The position numbers and the translations under genes were made by a program. 64,000 nucleotides of DNA from Gemmatimonadales bacterium (lineage in GTDB: Bacteria > Gemmatimonadota > Gemmatimonadetes > Gemmatimonadales > GWC2-71-9): assembly GCA_036556625.1 (NCBI GenBank), contig DATBJC010000089.1, positions 22,024-86,023 of the forward strand. The letters are read 5' to 3'. Of this stretch, positions 55,361 to 64,000 are shown in pieces. The notes under the pieces are model-generated. The model worked only from the letters and a program-made list of their open reading frames with translations, was not told where the DNA came from and did no database searches. Every line of letters begins with the position of its first letter. Position 1 is the stretch's first letter.

Positions 55361-55442
55361 TGCACGGCTGGCAAGATCCCTCCCATTCGCTGCGCTCAGG
55401 TCGGGATGAGCGGGCGCCTCGACCCTACTAACTCGCAAGGAA

Positions 55443-56198
55443 ATGTCCAAGCGCCAGCTCATCTACGCCGCCAACTGGAAAATGAATCATGGCCCGTCGG
55501 CGGCCCGCGATTTCCTCACTCGATTCCTCCAGATCACCGCGCCCGCCGACGAGCGTCAACTCTGGTTCTTCCCCCCTGCGGTGAGCCTGGCCGAGGCGCG
55601 CACGGCCGCGTCGCAGCGACACGACGTGACCATCGGCGCGCAGAACGTGCACTGGGAGCCCAAGGGGGCGTTCACCGGCGAGCTCTCCATTCCATTGGTG
55701 ATGGAAGCCGGCGCCAGTGCCACGCTGATCGGCCATTCCGAACGACGTCACCTCTTCGGCGAGACCGACGAACAGGTGGCTCGCAAGCTGGCCTCCGCGC
55801 TCAAGGCCGGGCTCAAGCCCATGGTGTGCGTAGGCGAGACGCTGGCCGAGCGGGAGGGTGGCCGCACCGAGCAGGTGGTGCGCCGCCAGGTCGCCGCGCT
55901 GCTGGAGCGGATCGGACCCGGAGACTGGTCCGGCGTCGTGCTGGCGTACGAGCCGGTCTGGGCCATCGGCACCGGCAAGAACGCCACTCCGGACGACGCC
56001 GCCCAGGTCCACGAGCTCATCCGCTTCGAGCTGACCCGGCGGGGAGTGCCAGGGCGGGTTCCCATCCTGTACGGCGGCAGCGTCAACCAGGGGAACGTGC
56101 TGTCCCTGCTGTCGCGCCGGGAGATCGACGGCGTGCTGGTCGGCGGCGCCAGCCTCGATCCCGACCGCTGGGGCGAGCTGGTGGGACTGGGTGGATGA
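55443..56198 (+). CDS. tpiA: Triosephosphate isomerase.
   Basis: 251-aa ORF reading AANWKMN, IGHSERR, AYEPVWAIGTG and YGGSV. Confidence 0.95.
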   Translation: MSKRQLIYAANWKMNHGPSAARDFLTRFLQITAPADERQLWFFPPAVSLAEARTAASQRHDVTIGAQNVHWEPKGAFTGELSIPLVMEAGASATLIGHSERRHLFGETDEQVARKLASALKAGLKPMVCVGETLAEREGGRTEQVVRRQVAALLERIGPGDWSGVVLAYEPVWAIGTGKNATPDDAAQVHELIRFELTRRGVPGRVPILYGGSVNQGNVLSLLSRREIDGVLVGGASLDPDRWGELVGLGG

Positions 56199-56318
56199 AA
56201 CCGCCACTGTTTCGCTCGGGATCGCACTTTGGTGTAGGTTCTATCCATCCCCTACAGGAGCCCGAGGATCGGACTCGAATCCCGGATCCAGGCCGCCGTC
56301 GGCGATAACTACCGCGTT

Positions 56319-59300
56319 GTGAAAGAGCTCGGCGGAGGCGGGATGAGCCGCGTGTTCCTGGCCGAGGAGACGCGGCTTTCGCGTCAGGTGGTGATCAAGG
56401 TCCTGCCGCCGGAGATGGGCGCCGGGGTCAACGCGGAGCGCTTCGAGCGGGAGATCCGCCTGGCCGCGCGCCTCCAGCATCCCCACATCGTTCCCCTCCT
56501 CACCGCCGGCAGCTCCGGCGACCTCCTCTTTTATATCATGCCATTCATCGCAGGGGAGTCGCTGCGCTCCCGGCTGGCACGGGAAGGCGAGCTCCCGGTG
56601 GCCGAGGCGGTCCGCATCCTGCGGGAGGTGACGGACGCGCTGGCCTACGCCCATCGGAACGGTGTGGTGCACCGTGACATCAAGCCGGAGAACGTGCTGA
56701 TGTCGGAGGGTCATGCGGTGGTGACCGACTTCGGCGTGGCGAAGGCGGTGAGCGAGTCGAGCGGCGGAGGCACCCTGACCTCGCTGGGCCTGGCGCTCGG
56801 CACGCCGGCCTACATGGCCCCGGAGCAGGCGGCGGCAGATCCCCACGTGGACCACCGGGCCGACCTGTACTCGGTGGGGGTGCTGGCCTACGAGATGCTC
56901 TGCGGCCGCACGCCGTTCGCCGCTCCGACCCCGCAGGCGATGCTCGCGGCGCACATCACCCAGGCGGCGGAGCCCGTGATCCAGCACCGGAAGACGGTGC
57001 CCCCGGCGCTCAGCGCCGCGGTGATGCGGTGCCTGGAGAAGCACGCTGCCGACCGCTGGCAAAGCGCGGGCGAGCTGGCCGCCCAGCTCGAGGCAGCCAG
57101 CTCCGGCAGTGTGAGCCGGCCGGTGTCCGACGCCCAAGGGACGATATCGTCCGGGACCGAGGCCGCGATCCGGCGCGGGCATCCGGGCCGGGTCGCCGTG
57201 CTGTTCCTGGCCGCCTCTATGCTCATTCTCGTCGCGGTCTACGGGTTGGTCCAGTGGCTTGGCCTGCCGGACTGGGTGCTGTACGGCGCGGGCGTGCTGC
57301 TCGCGATCGGTCTGCCGATCACGCTTGCCGCCGGGATGCACGAGCGGAATCGGGCCCAGGCACGCACCACGGGCATCTCGACCATCACCCCGACCGGGTT
57401 GGCGCCCTGGGTGAGCTGGCGACGCGCGCTGCTCGGCGGCGCGCTCGGCTTCGCCGCCCTGGCGTTGCTGGCCGGCATCTACACCGCGATGCGCCTACTC
57501 GGAATCGGGCCGGTGGGAACGCTCGTGGCGTCCGGGGTGCTGGAGGAGCGCGAGCAACTCCTCCTCTCGGACTTCGAGAATCGCTCCCCTGATTCCACGC
57601 TGGGGGAATCGCTCACCGAGGCATTTCGGGTAGACCTCTCCCAATCGCCGACGCTCCGGCTGATCGATCCGGCATCCGTGGTGGACGCGCTGCAACGCAT
57701 GGGGCGCTCGGCGGAGGCAGTGCTGACGCCCCCGCTGGCGCGTGAGATCGCGGAGCGCCAAGGCGTCAAGGCGGTTGTCGTGGGCCAGATCGATCCCGTG
57801 GGACGGGGATACGTGCTCTCCGCCAGCCTCATCGGGGCGACCGACGGGAAGGTCCTCACGGCGGTGCGCGAATCCGCTGACGATCAGGCTGCGCTGCTGC
57901 CCGCGATCGACCAACTCTCCAAGAAGCTGCGCGAGCGGATCGGGGAATCGCTCAAGTCGATCCGTGCCAACCCTCCGCTGGAAGACGTGACCACCGGGTC
58001 CCTCGAGGCCCTTCGCAAGTACACCGCCGCCCTTCGGCTGGAAGACAACGACCGGGGGGAGGAAGCCATTCCGGTACTGGAAGAGGCGGTCGCACTCGAC
58101 AGCGGCTTCGCGATGGCATGGCGCAAGTTGGCCGTGCTGCTCGGCAACACGGGGCAGTCCCGGACCCGTGAGATCGCCGCGGTGACTCGGGCCTATGAAC
58201 ACCGCGACAGGTTACCCTCGATCGAGCGGAACCTCACGGTGGCGTATTACCACAACGTCGCCGACTATGACCCCGCCAGGGTGATGAGCGCCTACCGCGC
58301 AGCCCTCGACGCCGACCCCGACAACGTGGTGGCGCTCAACAACCTGTCGATCATGCTCAGCGACCATCGCCGGTACGCGGAGGCGGAGAGCCTGGCCAGT
58401 CGCGCCACCCAACTGGGCCGGGGAACCGTCTTCTACTTCAATACGATCCAGGCCCAGCTCGGTCAGGGAAAGCTGGACGAGGCACAGCGAACCGCCGATC
58501 GCTACAGCCAGAGCGCCCCGAAGAGCCCGTTCGCCGCGGCGGTGCAGGCCTCCATGCTCCTGGTCAAGCGCGACTTCGGGGCCGCCGAGCCGATGTTTCG
58601 CTCTCTCCGCGAGAATCGTGAGAGTCCATTCCTCAGCCTGATCACCACCCTGCACCTGGCGGGCCTGACGGAGCAACAAGGGCGGATCAGGGAATCTCAG
58701 CGATTCCTGCAGCAACAGCTTCAGGCGACCATCGAGCAACACGCCCCCTGGGACTACCTGCGAATCTCGGCGCGGCTCGCCCAATTGGAGAGTCGATACG
58801 GCAAAGCGCCAGACGGCGGGTCGCGGGTGCTGCGGGCCGCGCTCGATCGGTATCCGATGGCCTCGATGCAGCCGCTGGACCGTCCGTATCTCGAGCTGAT
58901 CAGCGCCTACGCGGAATCGAATCTGCCGGACGAGGCCGGCCGGCTGCTCCGGGAGTACGAATCTGTCGTCCCCGAGGGCATCCGCCGCAGCTTTTTGTTC
59001 GAGGGCAAGGCACGGGGCTCCCTGGCCAAGGCCGCGGGTGACCACCAACGCGCGATCGAGCACTATCGCGACTGGCAGCGCCGGGAAGGCAATTGCCCTT
59101 CGTGCGGCGCGTTCGAGCTCGGCCTCCTGCACGATCGCGCCGGTCAGCGCGACTCGGCGATCGCCCAACTCGAGCAGGTCGCGCGCACTCCGACCATCGA
59201 CGCCGTCCGCTTCACCGAGTATTACACCTATGCTCCGAGCCTCAAGCGGCTGGGCGAGCTGTACGAGGCGCGGGGCGATCGCCAGAAGGCGACCGACTAC

Positions 59301-59408
59301 TACAGCCGGTTCGTCGATCTCTGGAAGAACGCCGACCCGGAGCTGCAGCCGGCAGTGCGTGAAGTGCGCACCCGCCTGGCCCAGCTCGCCCGTGAGCCCG
59401 GCGGATGA
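56319..59408 (+). CDS. Transmembrane Ser/Thr protein kinase with an extracytoplasmic domain and TPR repeats. The true N-terminus probably lies upstream of the first canonical start codon.
   Basis: 1029-aa ORF from GTG 56319. It reads ELGGGGMSRVF, VIKVL, HRDIKPENVL, DFGVAK and APE. Two TM segments lie near 57190-57480. A TPR-like C-terminal half follows. See the finding on 56195-56321. Confidence 0.85.
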   Translation: MKELGGGGMSRVFLAEETRLSRQVVIKVLPPEMGAGVNAERFEREIRLAARLQHPHIVPLLTAGSSGDLLFYIMPFIAGESLRSRLAREGELPVAEAVRILREVTDALAYAHRNGVVHRDIKPENVLMSEGHAVVTDFGVAKAVSESSGGGTLTSLGLALGTPAYMAPEQAAADPHVDHRADLYSVGVLAYEMLCGRTPFAAPTPQAMLAAHITQAAEPVIQHRKTVPPALSAAVMRCLEKHAADRWQSAGELAAQLEAASSGSVSRPVSDAQGTISSGTEAAIRRGHPGRVAVLFLAASMLILVAVYGLVQWLGLPDWVLYGAGVLLAIGLPITLAAGMHERNRAQARTTGISTITPTGLAPWVSWRRALLGGALGFAALALLAGIYTAMRLLGIGPVGTLVASGVLEEREQLLLSDFENRSPDSTLGESLTEAFRVDLSQSPTLRLIDPASVVDALQRMGRSAEAVLTPPLAREIAERQGVKAVVVGQIDPVGRGYVLSASLIGATDGKVLTAVRESADDQAALLPAIDQLSKKLRERIGESLKSIRANPPLEDVTTGSLEALRKYTAALRLEDNDRGEEAIPVLEEAVALDSGFAMAWRKLAVLLGNTGQSRTREIAAVTRAYEHRDRLPSIERNLTVAYYHNVADYDPARVMSAYRAALDADPDNVVALNNLSIMLSDHRRYAEAESLASRATQLGRGTVFYFNTIQAQLGQGKLDEAQRTADRYSQSAPKSPFAAAVQASMLLVKRDFGAAEPMFRSLRENRESPFLSLITTLHLAGLTEQQGRIRESQRFLQQQLQATIEQHAPWDYLRISARLAQLESRYGKAPDGGSRVLRAALDRYPMASMQPLDRPYLELISAYAESNLPDEAGRLLREYESVVPEGIRRSFLFEGKARGSLAKAAGDHQRAIEHYRDWQRREGNCPSCGAFELGLLHDRAGQRDSAIAQLEQVARTPTIDAVRFTEYYTYAPSLKRLGELYEARGDRQKATDYYSRFVDLWKNADPELQPAVREVRTRLAQLAREPGG

Positions 59409-60562
59409 CCGAGCCGTCGCTCTCCGACGCGGCCCTGCTCGAGCACCTCGTCGCCTTCGATACCACCAGCCGACTCAGCAACCTCCCGCTCGCCGATTTC
59501 GTCGCCGACTACCTCGATCGCCCGGGAGTCGAGGTGCAACGGCTCTGGTCACCAGACGGCACCAAGGCGAATCTGGTGGTCCGGGCCGGCCCGGAGACCG
59601 ACAGCGGCGAAGGCCTCACGCTGTCCGGTCACATGGATGTGGTGCCCGCGGAGGAGCCGGAATGGCGCTCACCGCCCTTCACGCTGACCCGGGCGGGGGA
59701 GACCTACGTGGGCCGCGGGGCGGCGGACATGAAGGGGTTTCTCGCGCTCGCCGTCAACCGCGTGGCCGGGCTGGACCCCACCCGCGTCCGCCGACCTCTG
59801 GCGCTGCTGCTCACGTACGACGAAGAAACGGGCACCCTCGGAGCCCGCCGGTTCGCCGAGGCCGGCAAGACGGCGCCGCGCCTGCCTCGCGATGTCGTGA
59901 TCGGCGAGCCCACCTCGCTGCGCGTGGTTCGGCTGCACAAGGGCATGGTCCGTCTCCAGCTGGCCTTCCGGGGCCGGGCGGCCCACAGCGGCTATCCCCA
60001 CCTCGGTCGCAACGCCATCGAGCCGGCCGCCCGCGCGATCAGCGCGCTGGCAAAGCTGCGTCTCGAGATGGAGGCGGAGCGGCCACCTCACGGGGAGTAC
60101 TTCCCGGAGGTGCCGTACCCGGCGCTCAACGTGGGAGTCGTCACCGGCGGCAGTGCGGTGAACGTCATCCCCGACCGCTGCACCGTGCAAGTCAGCGTGC
60201 GGCTGCTGCCGGAGATGGAGGCCGACGTCATGACCGCGCGAGTGCGCACCGCGGTGGTCGAGGCAGTGCCCGGCGAATCGTTCGAGCTGACATCCCTGGG
60301 TGAGAGCCCGGCAATGATGCTCGACGAGGGGGCCGTGCTCCACCGTGAGCTGTGCGGCATGGTGGGGCAGCGGAGCACGGAGAGCGTGGCCTTCGCCACC
60401 GATGCCGGCTGGCTTCAGCGGGCAGACTATCGCTGCGCCGTGTTCGGGCCGGGCAGCATCGAGGTCGCCCACCGGCCCAATGAGTTCCTCCCCATCGCGG
60501 AGTTCGAGCGGGCCGGCGAGCTGCTCGACGACCTGATCCATCGCCGATGCCTCTCGGAATGA
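59405..60562 (+). CDS. argE: M20-family deacylase (acetylornithine deacetylase ArgE-like).
   Basis: 385-aa ORF reading LSGHMDVVPA and GRGAADMKG, with a dimerisation-domain layout. Confidence 0.65.
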   Translation: MTEPSLSDAALLEHLVAFDTTSRLSNLPLADFVADYLDRPGVEVQRLWSPDGTKANLVVRAGPETDSGEGLTLSGHMDVVPAEEPEWRSPPFTLTRAGETYVGRGAADMKGFLALAVNRVAGLDPTRVRRPLALLLTYDEETGTLGARRFAEAGKTAPRLPRDVVIGEPTSLRVVRLHKGMVRLQLAFRGRAAHSGYPHLGRNAIEPAARAISALAKLRLEMEAERPPHGEYFPEVPYPALNVGVVTGGSAVNVIPDRCTVQVSVRLLPEMEADVMTARVRTAVVEAVPGESFELTSLGESPAMMLDEGAVLHRELCGMVGQRSTESVAFATDAGWLQRADYRCAVFGPGSIEVAHRPNEFLPIAEFERAGELLDDLIHRRCLSE

Positions 60563-61842
60563 GTCGGCTGACGATTCAGGCCGAGCTCGCATGGATCGAC
60601 GGCGCTTTCCTTCCGGATCGGACCATCACGATCGGAGCCGACGGGCGCATCGCGTCGATCGGACGTGCCGGTCGGGAACCCGCCCACCGGTTGACCGGAA
60701 TCGCGCTGTTGCCGGGCTTCGTCAACACCCATTCTCACGCCTTCCAACGCGGCCTGCGCGGGTCGGGCGAGCGGTTCGCCGCGGGTACCGGCAGCTTCTG
60801 GAGCTGGCGGGAAGCGATGTACGCGCTGGTGGCATCGCTGGATCGAGAGAGCCTGCGGAGGATCTGCCTCCGGGCATTCCGCGAGATGCGCGACGCCGGC
60901 ATCACCGCCGTGGGCGAGTTTCACTATCTGCATCACGATCGGGGCGACGATTTCGCCTTCGACCAGGTGGTACTCGAAGCCGCCGCCGAGGTGGGCATCC
61001 GTCTGGTACTGCTCCAGACGTATTACGGCACCGGCGGCATCGGCCGGATTCTCGAACCGGGACAGCGCCGGTTCGCGACGCTCGACCTGAGGGACTACTG
61101 CCGCCAGCTGGATCGCCTTGGGGCTCGGTTGGACCCCGCGACCCAGTCGCTCGGCGTGGTGGCCCACAGCGTTCGCGCCGCCAGCCTGGCGGACATCAAG
61201 TTCCTCCACGCCGAGGCGACGCGGCGGGGCCTTCCGTTTCACATGCACGTCGAGGAGCAGCGGCGTGAGATCGAGGAGACCGTGGCCGCCTACGGCCGCA
61301 CTCCCATGCGCCTGTTGTGCGACGAGCTGGGAGGTGACGGGCTCACCGCGGTCCATTGCACCCACACGACTCCAGGCGACATGACGACCTTTCTCGCCCG
61401 GGGCGGCCGGGTATGCGTCTGCCCGCTCACCGAGGCCAACCTGGGCGATGGGATCCCGGATCTCTCCGCCGCGCACGCGAGCGGCGGGCGGCTCTCGCTG
61501 GGCACCGATTCCAATGCCCGAATCTCGGCCATCGAGGAGATGCGCTGGCTGGAGTACGGGCAGCGGCTCCGCGGCGAGCTGCGCGGGGCACTCAGCGATT
61601 CCCGGGGCGAAGTGGCCACCACCACACTGGAAGCCGCTACCAGCGGAGGCGCGGCCGCCCTGGGCATCGGTGCCGGCCGGATCGCGCCGGGAGAGTGGGC
61701 GGACTTCGCCGCGGTGGACCTCACGGTTCCAGCGCTGGCCGGCGTGGCAGCCTCGGGCCTGCTCGACGCGATCGTGTTCGGGGCGGGGAACGGGGCTATC
61801 GCCGGCACTTTCGTGGGCGGGAACTGGCGGCCGTCGGATTGA
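60547..61842 (+). CDS. Amidohydrolase-superfamily deiminase (formimidoylglutamate deiminase HutF-like).
   Basis: 431-aa ORF reading LPGFVNTHSHAFQRGLRG, with HMHVEEQ and GTDSN later. It overlaps the upstream gene by 16 nt. Confidence 0.6.
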   Translation: MPLGMSRLTIQAELAWIDGAFLPDRTITIGADGRIASIGRAGREPAHRLTGIALLPGFVNTHSHAFQRGLRGSGERFAAGTGSFWSWREAMYALVASLDRESLRRICLRAFREMRDAGITAVGEFHYLHHDRGDDFAFDQVVLEAAAEVGIRLVLLQTYYGTGGIGRILEPGQRRFATLDLRDYCRQLDRLGARLDPATQSLGVVAHSVRAASLADIKFLHAEATRRGLPFHMHVEEQRREIEETVAAYGRTPMRLLCDELGGDGLTAVHCTHTTPGDMTTFLARGGRVCVCPLTEANLGDGIPDLSAAHASGGRLSLGTDSNARISAIEEMRWLEYGQRLRGELRGALSDSRGEVATTTLEAATSGGAAALGIGAGRIAPGEWADFAAVDLTVPALAGVAASGLLDAIVFGAGNGAIAGTFVGGNWRPSD

Positions 61843-61889
61843 CCCAACCTGATCCGGTCACTAGACTTCGCGGCTGCTCAGGAGACACT

Positions 61890-62276
61890 ATGTTCGCCCT
61901 CTTGCTCACGCTTCTCATTCTCGACGCGCTGCTCCTCTCGGTCGTCGTCCTGCTTCAGGCCGGTCAGGGGGGAGGGCTCGCCTCCCTCGGCGGCGCCACC
62001 ACCGACACCGTGCTGGGTGGCCGCCAGGCGGTCACCATCCTCACCAAGATGACCTGGTGGTGCGGCGGGATCTTCCTGGCGCTCGCGCTGCTGCTCTCAG
62101 TAGTGCCCCGGGGCGGTGGCTCCAGCGAGCTGCAGCAGCGGCTTCGTGCCGCCACGCCGGCGGCGCCCGCCCCGAGCGCGCCGCTGCCGCTGGGCGGCAG
62201 TCCGGACACCGCCGGTCGCACTCCGCCCGCGGCGGGTGCCCCGGCACCGTCCTCCCAACCCAAGCCCGGCCAGTGA
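61890..62276 (+). CDS. secG: Preprotein translocase subunit SecG with a Pro/Ala-rich C-terminal tail.
   Basis: Track ORF 61356..62276 is over-extended. ATG 61890 follows GGAGAC. It reads [35 protein letters not shown]. Confidence 0.85.
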   Translation: MFALLLTLLILDALLLSVVVLLQAGQGGGLASLGGATTDTVLGGRQAVTILTKMTWWCGGIFLALALLLSVVPRGGGSSELQQRLRAATPAAPAPSAPLPLGGSPDTAGRTPPAAGAPAPSSQPKPGQ

Positions 62277-62301
62277 CGGCACAGTCGCGCGGGGCGACCG
62301 G

Positions 62302-63429
62302 ATGACCGATCGCCCCGCTTTCGTTTTGCTGGAGGACGGCGGCTGGTTCGCCGGAGTCGCGCCGCGGCCGTTCGATCCCGCCTTCGGTGAAGTGGTATTC
62401 ACCACCAATCTCACCGGATACCAGGAGACGTTCACCGATCCCAGCTATCTCGGTCAGATCGTCGTCATGACCGCGCCCATGATCGGGAACTACGGCATCA
62501 ATCAAGACGACATGGAGTCGGAGCGCCCGCAGGTAACCGGGGTCGTGGTGCGGGAGATGTCCCGCCGGCCTTCGAACTGGCGCGCCACCCTCGGCCTCGA
62601 CCAGTGGCTCGCGGCTTCCGGGATCCCGGTCATCGAGGGAGTCGACACTCGGCGGCTCACCCGACATCTTCGCGAGCGTGGCGCGATGCGCGGCGTCGTG
62701 GCCGAGGGGCTCGAGCCCACCCCGGAGCTGACCGCGCGGCTCCTGGCGTCCCCCTCCATGAGCGGGCTCGACCTCGCCTCGCGCGCGACGGTGCACCAGC
62801 GGCGCACCGAAGGCGAGGGCCCTCACGTAGTGGCGTACGACTACGGGATGAAGCGGAACATCGTCCGGCGGCTGGTCCAGGCGGGGTGCCGGGTGACCGT
62901 AGTGCCGGCGGAGACCAGCGCGGCTCAGGTGCTCGAGCTGGAGCCGGATGGGCTTTTTCTCTCTAACGGTCCCGGCGACCCGGCCGCCGTCCAGTACGCC
63001 GTCGGCACCATCCGAGAGCTTGCCGGCGCCGGGCTCCCGACCTTCGGCATCTGCCTGGGCCATCAGCTGATTGGACTCGCCTTCGGGGGGGAAACCGCCA
63101 AGCTGCCGTACGGTCATCGCGGCGGGAACCATCCGGTACGCGATCTGCGCACGGGCCAGGTGTTGATCACCACCCAAAACCATGGGTTCGCGGTAGTTGG
63201 GGATGCGGACCGGGTCCCGGGCGCCCGAGGGCTCGAGGTCACCCACCTCAATCTCAACGATGGGACCATCGAAGGCGTGCGCCACCGGGAGCTCCCGCTA
63301 TTCGCGGTCCAGTACCATCCGGAGGCAGCGCCGGGCCCTCACGACGCCTTCCCGCACTTCGAGGAGTTTTTGGCCTCCCTCCCCCCGGAGAAGGCTCTGA
63401 AGGCCAAGCCCTTGACAGACAACACTTAA
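62302..63429 (+). CDS. carA: Carbamoyl-phosphate synthase small (glutaminase) subunit.
   Basis: Track ORF 62116..63429. The start is ATG 62302. It reads [22 protein letters not shown] and QYHPEA. Confidence 0.95.
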   Translation: MTDRPAFVLLEDGGWFAGVAPRPFDPAFGEVVFTTNLTGYQETFTDPSYLGQIVVMTAPMIGNYGINQDDMESERPQVTGVVVREMSRRPSNWRATLGLDQWLAASGIPVIEGVDTRRLTRHLRERGAMRGVVAEGLEPTPELTARLLASPSMSGLDLASRATVHQRRTEGEGPHVVAYDYGMKRNIVRRLVQAGCRVTVVPAETSAAQVLELEPDGLFLSNGPGDPAAVQYAVGTIRELAGAGLPTFGICLGHQLIGLAFGGETAKLPYGHRGGNHPVRDLRTGQVLITTQNHGFAVVGDADRVPGARGLEVTHLNLNDGTIEGVRHRELPLFAVQYHPEAAPGPHDAFPHFEEFLASLPPEKALKAKPLTDNT

Positions 63430-63492
63430 GCCCATACTATCGGCCAGGATGCCCTCCCGAGCTACGCTGTCTGTAACCCTTCTGGGGGACGC

Positions 63493-63822
63493 ATGACCAA
63501 GGCCGATCTCGTCGAACAGGTAACCGCCTCGATCGCCCGCACCGCCGGGCCCATGATCTCCAAGAAGGACTGTGCACGCGTGGTAGACGCCTTCTTGGAA
63601 GCGGTGAAGGAAGCGTTGAAGCAGCAGCATAACATCGAGGTGCGAGGTTTCGGGACCTTCAAGATCCGTCGGCGCAAGACTCGCATGGCGCGCAACCCGC
63701 GCACCGGCGATCCGGTCGAAGTCGCCGCGCGTCCCGTCCCGGTGTTCAAGCCCAGTAAAGAGTTACGGGCTCTGGTTGCGGACGAGGGTGAGCCCGCCGG
63801 AGAGACCGCCCAGGGCATTTAG
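63493..63822 (+). CDS. HU/IHF-family DNA-binding protein.
   Basis: 109-aa ORF reading RGFGTFKIRRRKTRMARNPRTGDPVEVAARPVPVFKPSKELR. Confidence 0.9.
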   Translation: MTKADLVEQVTASIARTAGPMISKKDCARVVDAFLEAVKEALKQQHNIEVRGFGTFKIRRRKTRMARNPRTGDPVEVAARPVPVFKPSKELRALVADEGEPAGETAQGI

Positions 63823-63848
63823 GGCAGCCGTCGCCGGAATCCATTGGT

Positions 63849-63893
63849 CGGGCCGCGCCGGGACCAGCTCCCGGGCGGCCCGTCTTTCTGTCT
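63849..63893 (+). terminator. Rho-independent terminator after the HU/IHF gene.
   Basis: A GC-rich stem pairs cgggccgcgccggga (63849-63863) with tcccgggcggcccg (63869-63882), with one bulge. The loop is ccagc and the tail is tctttctgtct. Confidence 0.6.
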
Positions 63894-63938
63894 CCGTCCG
63901 CCGTTCCACCACCCCATGACCGGCGATAGCTTTCAGGT

Positions 63939-64000
63939 ATGCCGGCGCCCATCACCCAGATCGTGAACGTGCGAGTCCTCCTGTTCGCCAGCTACGCCGA
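63939..64000 (+). CDS. 5' end of a small ORF, possibly a MoaD/ThiS-type sulfur carrier. It is truncated by the window edge.
   Basis: Hand translation gives MPAPITQIVNVRVLLFASYA. The V.VL.FA pattern resembles MoaD N-termini. Only 20 codons are visible. Confidence 0.3.
   Translation, partial: MPAPITQIVNVRVLLFASYA

Noticed and set aside
56262-56292. The sequence ggatcggactcgaatcccggatcc, which resembles a tRNA T-arm (ctcgaatcc) and might have marked a tRNA gene or an integration-site remnant.
   Set aside because: I could not build an acceptor, D or anticodon stem from the flanking sequence. The stem halves are not properly complementary. The stretch reads in frame as a conserved kinase N-terminal peptide.

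Overview
This is a 64-kb, high-GC bacterial chromosomal segment. A Gemmatimonadota-like lineage is my guess only, inferred from protein styles such as the ELGGGGMSRVF-type Ser/Thr kinase. The window falls into four blocks. (i) 1-14.1 kb holds a left-truncated lipoprotein di-haem cytochrome c peroxidase on the minus strand. It is followed by a five-gene plus-strand locus of large secreted (lipo)proteins assembled from shuffled modules. The modules are a purple-acid-phosphatase-like metallophosphoesterase (three copies, one with a substituted GNH motif), Ig-like arrays, a parallel beta-helix, proline-rich linkers encoded by perfect 15-bp tandem repeats, and two conserved domains (called Y and Z here) that I cannot assign to a family. 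These genes are separated by strong hairpin terminators and by AT-rich, palindrome-rich spacers. (ii) 14.1-29.3 kb is a Wzx/Wzy-type polysaccharide locus in two divergent operons. It encodes GT4, GT2, an O-antigen-ligase-like polymerase, a flippase, a priming phosphoglycosyl transferase, a deacetylase, an ATP-grasp ligase, a BY-kinase co-polymerase and a vWA lipoprotein. It also carries two unusual thymidylate-kinase-like P-loop proteins, one fused to a nucleotidyltransferase-like domain. (iii) 29.3-43.1 kb holds an ArsC-like protein, an ABC-F ATPase, an MFS transporter, a TetR-TolC-MFP-RND efflux operon, PepA and a TonB-plug outer-membrane protein. (iv) 43.3-64 kb is a tightly packed, translationally coupled housekeeping run: yicC, gmk, rpoZ, coaBC, udg, dnaB, radA, ispD, tsaC, LMW-PTP, aroE, comF, gap, pgk, tpiA, a TPR Ser/Thr kinase, argE-like, hutF-like, secG, carA, HU/IHF. 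The best candidate for something undescribed is the mosaic phosphoesterase/Ig/Y/Z lipoprotein locus in block (i), possibly working together with the P-loop kinases of the adjacent glycan locus. I recognised no rRNA, tRNA, CRISPR array, transposase or integrase. All domain calls come from motif recognition by eye, and no database search was run.
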